Source: Oscillospiraceae bacterium
GTDB taxonomy: Bacteria; Bacillota; Clostridia; Oscillospirales; CAG-272
Length of the DNA stretch: 64,000 nucleotides
Direction: 5' to 3'
NCBI GenBank assembly: GCA_015064385.1
Contig: SVSI01000011.1
Span: 1,883-65,882 of the forward strand
This document shows positions 58,370 through 64,000 of the stretch, piece by piece. Below the pieces are notes generated by a model. It was not told where the DNA came from. It did not search any database and was given only the letters and a program-made list of their open reading frames with translations. Each line of letters begins with the position of its first letter. The stretch's first letter is position 1. The translations under genes and the position numbers were made by a program.

Positions 58370-58472
58370 ATGTTTAATTATACTAAATGATTATTTAGTA
58401 TAATAGAGGGGAGTGAAAACGGGGTAAAAAGCCCCTGAAGGTCCCCTGAGACCAAAAGTCCCCCGATAAGCC

Positions 58473-58509
58473 AAAAATACCGTAGGTTCAAATGACCTAC
58501 GGTATTTTT
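58473..58509. terminator. Bidirectional intrinsic terminator
   Basis: AAAAATACCGTAGG...CCTACGGTATTTTT. Confidence 0.85.
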
Positions 58510-58521
58510 ATTAAAAAGTAT

Positions 58522-59385
58522 TTAATTTTCGGAAATTATTTTTCTGAGATAGCTTGCAGCCGTTGCGATATCCTTTGCGGGATCCGATCCTACCTCACGC
58601 TCAATCGTAAGATAACCTTTGTATCCGATTTCTTCGTACGCTTTAAGCAGTCCTACAAAATCTACCTTTCCTGTACCGAGCGCAACCTCCATAAACGATC
58701 TTCCTTTGGGTGCGTTCGGATCCTCTACGATGTGCGGTACTACACGGTAGATTATCTCGGGATCTCTGTAAAACAAATGGACGCCGTCCTTTGCGTGCGT
58801 ATGTACAATATAATCCTTTAATGTATAAACGCCTTTAACAGGATCTGAATTCGTTACCATAACGAGGTTTGCAGGATCGTAGTTTACTGCCACGCCTTTT
58901 GAGGACAGCGAGTCAAGAAAGCCCTTGAGGATCTCAGGCGTTTCGGGACCGGTCTCAACGGCGAAATGAGCGTCCATCGAGTCTGCAAATTCGGCGAGCT
59001 CGAAGCAAGCTTGCTGCATTATTTTGTATCTCTCGTGCGACGGATCGCTCGGTACGACGCCTATATGAGTCGTAACTATATCAGTACCAAGCTCCTTGGC
59101 GGTCTCCATAATACGTTTGGAGGTTTCAATAAGCTCGGGGTTTATTTCGGGATTTCCGAAGCCGCGTCCGAGATCTCCGCATATCGCAGAAACTTTGAGT
59201 CCGTTGTCACCGAGGTGCTTTTTGACCTCTGAAATCTTCGCAGAGTTCATATTTTCGGGTGCGAGCTCACCTCTGGAGGCATACATCTGAACTCCGTTTG
59301 CACCGCATTCTGCGGCCTTTTTTATCGCTTCAGCGACCGTTGTTCTGAAAGAATCTGTAATGATTCCTATTGGGAAATTATACAT
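58522..59385 (-). CDS. Sugar phosphate isomerase/epimerase (AP endonuclease 2 TIM barrel)
   Basis: AVETG.E, NYDPAN, HTHAKD and LTIERE metal ligands. Confidence 0.85.
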   Translation of the reverse strand: MYNFPIGIITDSFRTTVAEAIKKAAECGANGVQMYASRGELAPENMNSAKISEVKKHLGDNGLKVSAICGDLGRGFGNPEINPELIETSKRIMETAKELGTDIVTTHIGVVPSDPSHERYKIMQQACFELAEFADSMDAHFAVETGPETPEILKGFLDSLSSKGVAVNYDPANLVMVTNSDPVKGVYTLKDYIVHTHAKDGVHLFYRDPEIIYRVVPHIVEDPNAPKGRSFMEVALGTGKVDFVGLLKAYEEIGYKGYLTIEREVGSDPAKDIATAASYLRKIISEN

Positions 59386-59433
59386 TTTCGTATATCCTCT
59401 CTTTTTTTGTTTTTTACGTTAAATTCCTCTTTT

Positions 59434-59808
59434 TTAATATATTAAAGAAGAATTCGTTTGATTTTTTTCGAGATAATCTGCCATAAAACGCTCGTATTCG
59501 AAGATCTGTTTGGCACAGATAAGTGTTTCTTTCGGCGTTTTCGGTGAATTTATAACGGTATAGAGTGCGTGTAGCTCAAGTCTGCTGTCAAATATCGCAA
59601 ATGCGGCAAGTACTCTGTGTCTGAAAACGTCGGGCTTCATACTCTCCGGGCATTTATCAAATACGAAGTGATTTTTCTGTTTGAATGCGTAGTAATGCTC
59701 AACGAAAAAGCGCTTTCCTATCTTATTAAGCTGTGCCTCGAGATACTCGAATTCAACGTCGGAAAGCGGACGAAGATCCCCGTATTTATACGGTGCATAT
59801 ACGCTCAT
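59434..59808 (-). CDS. Hypothetical protein translationally coupled to folC
   Basis: 124-aa ORF with ATGA overlap on the folC stop. Confidence 0.6.
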   Translation of the reverse strand: MSVYAPYKYGDLRPLSDVEFEYLEAQLNKIGKRFFVEHYYAFKQKNHFVFDKCPESMKPDVFRHRVLAAFAIFDSRLELHALYTVINSPKTPKETLICAKQIFEYERFMADYLEKNQTNSSLIY

Positions 59809-61106
59809 AATACATCACTTTTAGCCGAAGCTACCGCTTTTTTTACGTCCGAATAGGTATATAGCGATCCGAGAACGAAAACGGGAAGTCCGCACTCTCG
59901 CGCGTGCTTTAATGCCGTACTGACGGCATTTTTTATACTATTGCAAGCTTGAGAATCAACCGACAGATCACGGTAGATATCAGAGAGCGCATCAGACGGC
60001 AGCGCCCGTGGATTATCGGGAGTTATCGTATATACGTGTTTGGCAACCGAGGATATCATCTTCGACATAGTCATATAGTCCTTATCGGCAAGCACACCGG
60101 TTACTACGATAACTTTTTTATCTCCGAAATATTTTTTAATGCTTTTTACAGTTTCACTTACGCCTTGAGGATTATGAGAACCGTCGAAGAACACGGTCGG
60201 ATCGTCGCAGATCTTTTCAAAGCGCGCCTTCCATTTGCTTTGTAAAAGTCCGGTCTTGATGGCTTTTTCGCTTATGGAATATCCGATATGATTAAGCAGA
60301 TCAACGGCTTCAAGGACGTTTGCGGCGTTAAATATCTGATAGCTTCCGAGAAGCGGAATTCTGACGTTTTTGTAGCTCTTATAATCAAATTCGGTGCCGT
60401 CAAGCGACTGTGAGTGAATTTTTACGGCGGACGGATCGGTGAAAAAGATCTCCGAAGAATTTGAAAGAGCAGTGTCTGATATTACCTTTTTGACAGCTTC
60501 TTTGTGCTCGGGCGCGGTAGCACATCCGAGCAGTACTCCTCTTCCCTGCTTTATTATTCCCGCCTTTTCGAGCGCGATCTCCTCAACCGTGTCACCAAGG
60601 ATCGCCGTATGATCGAGCGCAATACCCGTTATTACCGAAATTACGGAATTTTTTATAACATTTGTGGCATCAAGACGACCGCCAAGACCAACCTCGAGGA
60701 CGACTATATCACAGTTGTTTTGCTTAAAATACAGCATTGCAAGTGCACTTATAAGCTCAAATTCTGTGGGCGGATCGTCCATTTTATCGGCTATAATACT
60801 TACTTTGTACGTAAGCTCGGCAAGCTCGTCGTTTGATATTTCCTGCCCGTTTATCATCATTCTTTCGTTAAAGCTTTCTATGTACGGAGAGGTAAAAAGT
60901 CCCGTTTTGAGCCCCGATGCGGTGAGCACCGAGGAAAGCATAGAGCAAAACGAGCCCTTGCCGTTGGTTCCTCCAACGTGAATGAATTTCAGAGAGTCTT
61001 GCGGATTTCCGAGCTTTTCAAGCAGTTCGGAGACTCTTGAGAGTCCGGGGCGGCTTCCGCGCCAGTCTATTGAATGTATATATTCAAGTGCCTTTGTATA
61101 ATCCAT
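59805..61106 (-). CDS. folC: Folylpolyglutamate/dihydrofolate synthase
   Basis: HVGGTNGKGS, FTSP, EVGLGGRLDATN, DH..ILG, DGSHNP and GSLY motifs. Confidence 0.95.
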   Translation of the reverse strand: MDYTKALEYIHSIDWRGSRPGLSRVSELLEKLGNPQDSLKFIHVGGTNGKGSFCSMLSSVLTASGLKTGLFTSPYIESFNERMMINGQEISNDELAELTYKVSIIADKMDDPPTEFELISALAMLYFKQNNCDIVVLEVGLGGRLDATNVIKNSVISVITGIALDHTAILGDTVEEIALEKAGIIKQGRGVLLGCATAPEHKEAVKKVISDTALSNSSEIFFTDPSAVKIHSQSLDGTEFDYKSYKNVRIPLLGSYQIFNAANVLEAVDLLNHIGYSISEKAIKTGLLQSKWKARFEKICDDPTVFFDGSHNPQGVSETVKSIKKYFGDKKVIVVTGVLADKDYMTMSKMISSVAKHVYTITPDNPRALPSDALSDIYRDLSVDSQACNSIKNAVSTALKHARECGLPVFVLGSLYTYSDVKKAVASAKSDVL

Positions 61107-61119
61107 TTTTCCTCGCGGT

Positions 61120-61662
61120 TCAGTCGTGCCTTTTGTTAAAAAGTGCGACTAGAGAATCGTTCTTCATTATAAGATATATGATCGCGCTTTCGCACACCGA
61201 GATCAAAAGATAGGTGGGTATTCTTAAGAGCAAAACGGGTATTTCGTACCTCCAGAAGAGCCAAAGTCCGAAGCTTTTTATCAGAACGCTTCCGATAAAA
61301 TGTGCGGTGGCTACGGTGAAAATTACACGAAACGACAGTCTTTTCTTGGAAAAGCATTTTGAGATTATGCCCGATATTACACCTATCAAAACAGCACCGA
61401 GCGTTATTATCGGATTAAGTGCAGGATTAGGAGAGGTGATACAGCTTACGATATCCGAAACCGCGGCAACGACAGCGCCCGCTACCGGTCCGTAAAATAC
61501 TCCGGAGAGTATTATAGGGATATTTTCGAAAGTCAAGCGAATGGGACCGAACGTGAGATAGGTCTTACATATCCAGCCGATAGCTACGCTGAGTGCCGTC
61601 ATAAGACCGAGCGTTGCTATCATTTTGGTAGTGGTAAGGCGATTTTGCGTATTTTTTTGCAT
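61120..61662 (-). CDS. folT: Folate ECF transporter S component
   Basis: Hydrophobic S-component pattern (IRLTFENIPIILSG.FYGP..G); THF riboswitch upstream; folC downstream. Confidence 0.88.
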   Translation of the reverse strand: MQKNTQNRLTTTKMIATLGLMTALSVAIGWICKTYLTFGPIRLTFENIPIILSGVFYGPVAGAVVAAVSDIVSCITSPNPALNPIITLGAVLIGVISGIISKCFSKKRLSFRVIFTVATAHFIGSVLIKSFGLWLFWRYEIPVLLLRIPTYLLISVCESAIIYLIMKNDSLVALFNKRHD

Positions 61663-61767
61663 AAAAACCTCCTTTACCGCTTGATGTTTGTACAGTAAAG
61701 GAGATCATAAATATAATTTAATCTTCTTGTACGGAAAATATATTCCGTGCATATTCTGTGCAATTTG

Positions 61768-61877
61768 GAAGCGGGATGCAGAGCCCGAACCGCAAACCGG
61801 CTTTAGTGGCACGGTTTTTCGTTCTCCCGACAACTCCCTGTTCGGGGGACACTTAACGAACAAGCTCTTACTCTTCA
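61768..61877 (-). ncRNA. THF riboswitch
   Basis: GAAGAGTA...CGTTAAGTG...GGGAGTTG...GAACGAAAA...TTGCGGT...GCATCCCGC; TTGACT...TATAAT promoter immediately upstream. Confidence 0.92.
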
Positions 61878-61918
61878 AGGGGTATTATATCACAGAACGC
61901 GAAAAAGTCAATATATTT

Positions 61919-62869
61919 TTAGATTTTGCTCTCGTTTTCGTCGATAATTTTACATCCGCGGAAATAGTAGGAAAGAACGTCCGTGCAGTAAAATCCGTTT
62001 TCCACCATCTTCTCCGCGCCTGCGAGACTGAGTCCCAGACCGTGTCCGACTCCGTACGTTCTTATAACTATTCCGCCGTACGCCTCCTCGATCTCAAAGA
62101 AGTCGGATCTTAAATCAAATATATCCATAAAAATTTCCGAGGAGATCTCGCACGAGTAAAGCGAAACGCTGCTTACACGCCCCGTGCGGGAGAGCGTCAG
62201 CGAGGGCGAAATATCCTCGCTATGAGCGGTGTTAAGATATAGGGCAAGCTTGCGCTTCAAGTCGATATCAAGGACGTAATTTTCGAAAATTTCCGCCTTT
62301 TCGGGCGTTATTACGCTTTCAAGATAAGGATATTCCCTTCCAAGCGCCTCATAAGCGCTTTGCGTTGTCATATATGACGATCTGTGAACGAGCGCAAGGG
62401 CATAGCTGTTTTCGTAAAGCAGGTACTTCCCTTTCGTCTCCTCAATGGCGTGCAAAATGGAATCGATGTATTTTTGTCCGTCACCTCCGTGCTTTTGCAG
62501 ATATTCTTCGTTATCGCAGTAGCTGAGACTGAATTTGCAGGTGCAGTAGTCTGCATCGGCACCGCATCCCTCGCGGCAGGCGCCTTTCAAGTAATAGCAG
62601 GCGCTTCTGAGGGCTATAACGGCGGCGTTCAGCGTTTCTTCGGAGTATTTACGGTCGATCACGTTAAGCGTAACACCGAGCAAATATTCGTCCCTGTGAA
62701 GGGATTTATATTCGTTATTTTCGTGAAAGTAAACGCTTACCGTTTCCGGCTCGTCTTTGTGCAAAAATCGTCTGTAAAGATTTGCACCCACTATCGGAAG
62801 CGCGGTGGCAAGAAGGATAAAAAGCAGTAACAAAAGTATTCCAAAGCGCAAATTTTTCAAAAAAATCAC
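61919..62869 (-). CDS. SpoIID/LytB domain protein, degenerate active site
   Basis: N-terminal TM; DEYLLGV, EETLNA..IALRS, PYLESV, LRS..F, G.GHG.G.S..GA and L.YYF.G motifs. Confidence 0.75.
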   Translation of the reverse strand: MIFLKNLRFGILLLLLFILLATALPIVGANLYRRFLHKDEPETVSVYFHENNEYKSLHRDEYLLGVTLNVIDRKYSEETLNAAVIALRSACYYLKGACREGCGADADYCTCKFSLSYCDNEEYLQKHGGDGQKYIDSILHAIEETKGKYLLYENSYALALVHRSSYMTTQSAYEALGREYPYLESVITPEKAEIFENYVLDIDLKRKLALYLNTAHSEDISPSLTLSRTGRVSSVSLYSCEISSEIFMDIFDLRSDFFEIEEAYGGIVIRTYGVGHGLGLSLAGAEKMVENGFYCTDVLSYYFRGCKIIDENESKI

Positions 62870-62937
62870 CCGTAATATAATATATTTTTACAATATAAAA
62901 TATTACGGGTGAGAATTATTATATATTTAATTTTTGA

Positions 62938-64000
62938 CTACTTTTCGGCTTTTGCCGTGCATTTCTTCCATTTGCCCGAGAAGTAAAAGATAATGCCGAT
63001 CCAGAACGGCGTAAAGCCGGCAATCGCGTCTCCGAGCCAGAAGCCGAAGTAGCCCATATCAAACACGAGACCGAGCAGTACTGCAAGTCCTATGCGGAGC
63101 ACTATTCCGTCGAGTATGGCGGTCGCGAAATTTATCATAGTGTGACCGCTTCCGTTGATAAGTGCGTTCATTACAGCACGCAGTGAGCTTGCAAGGAACA
63201 TCATAAGCGCTATGGGAACGTATTCTCCCGAGAGGCGCAGTGCATCGGCGCTTGTCTCGTCTGCGAAAAGACCGAATATCTTTTCTGGAGAAATGACTAT
63301 AACCGTCGAGAAAATTATAACTATGGCAAGGGTTATGAAAAGCACGTCGCGCATTATGCGCCTAACTCTGTCAAATTTACCCGCAACGAGATTCTGACCT
63401 ACCATAGTCGAGCCCGCAGTGTTAAAGGCGTTCGAGAAGAGGTTTACTACCGACGCAAGTTTGTTTGCTATGCCCGAGAAAGCAGATACGGCTACGCCGT
63501 AGTCGTTTATAAAGGCGTTTACGAAGAGCTTTGATACCTGGACGGATGCAAATTTAATAGCCATAGGAGAGCCGAGCGAGACGAATGCTTTTAGCATATT
63601 CTTGTCCCATTTGATAAAGTCATTAATTTTGGTGTTCAGTTCAAATTCCCGTCTTTTTATAACGAGAAATATCGTACACGAAATGAAGCTTACCGCCTGA
63701 CTTATAACCGTAGCGATCGCCGCACCGAATGCGCCGTGATCCTTTACGAGAATAATGTCAAGAACGATATTTATTACCGTAGAAACACCGATGAATATAA
63801 GAGGATGCTTTGAATCTCCCATACCGCGCAGTATCGCGCTGACGACGTTGTAGCCGTAGATAAACACGAGTCCTATCATACAGACCCTCGAGTAAGCCGC
63901 CGCTTCGGTGAGCGCTTCCTCCGGAGTATTCATAATATCGAGCATAAAGTCTTGAAATACGAGTCCCAGAGAGCTTATAATTACAGCGCACAAAAAGAGA
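62938..64000 (-). CDS. MATE family efflux transporter (5' end outside the window)
   Basis: ILRGMGDSKHPL, NIVLD, GAAIATVISQ and VGQN..AG motifs. Confidence 0.9.
   Translation of the reverse strand, partial: LFLCAVIISSLGLVFQDFMLDIMNTPEEALTEAAAYSRVCMIGLVFIYGYNVVSAILRGMGDSKHPLIFIGVSTVINIVLDIILVKDHGAFGAAIATVISQAVSFISCTIFLVIKRREFELNTKINDFIKWDKNMLKAFVSLGSPMAIKFASVQVSKLFVNAFINDYGVAVSAFSGIANKLASVVNLFSNAFNTAGSTMVGQNLVAGKFDRVRRIMRDVLFITLAIVIIFSTVIVISPEKIFGLFADETSADALRLSGEYVPIALMMFLASSLRAVMNALINGSGHTMINFATAILDGIVLRIGLAVLLGLVFDMGYFGFWLGDAIAGFTPFWIGIIFYFSGKWKKCTAKAEK

Noticed and set aside
58180-58509. 6S RNA, tmRNA or SRP RNA in the convergent gap
   Set aside because: I could not identify a long irregular hairpin with a central bubble, tRNA-like ends, or an SRP domain IV motif.
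61688-62113. 141-aa plus-strand ORF over the folT leader
   Set aside because: It overlaps the THF riboswitch and the SpoIID-like gene in antisense and has no protein features.

Overview
Core-chromosome region of a spore-forming Clostridia-like (Bacillota) anaerobe, probably from a gut or rumen habitat (inferred from Nfn, Ior, Prp-processed L27, a SpoIID homologue, a THF riboswitch and sigmaA/sigmaG-type promoters). I see no prophage, integrase, transposase or CRISPR array. The window holds housekeeping and energy genes (nfnAB, split transketolase, iorAB, folD, lgt, ymfFH, hup, comEC, rplU-prp-rpmA, argH, feoAB, rbsK, folT-folC), three tRNAs, a ~7 kb cyclic beta-1,2-glucan synthase gene and five GH93-like beta-propeller paralogues plus a GH51. 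The least explained signals are mostly non-coding: (1) a ~110-nt structured element behind both tRNA-Arg genes that ends in a near-copy of the T-arm of its own tRNA; (2) an orphan cluster of five DnaA boxes, an NrdR box and a 28-bp AT palindrome between convergent genes; (3) a sigmaG-type promoter with an SD-sequestering hairpin and a probable ATT start for the glucan synthase; (4) recurring SD-hairpin-ATG initiation regions. Notable protein-level oddities are a QueH-Nudix fusion and a SpoIID lacking its catalytic Glu. All assignments come from reading motifs by eye; no database searches were run.
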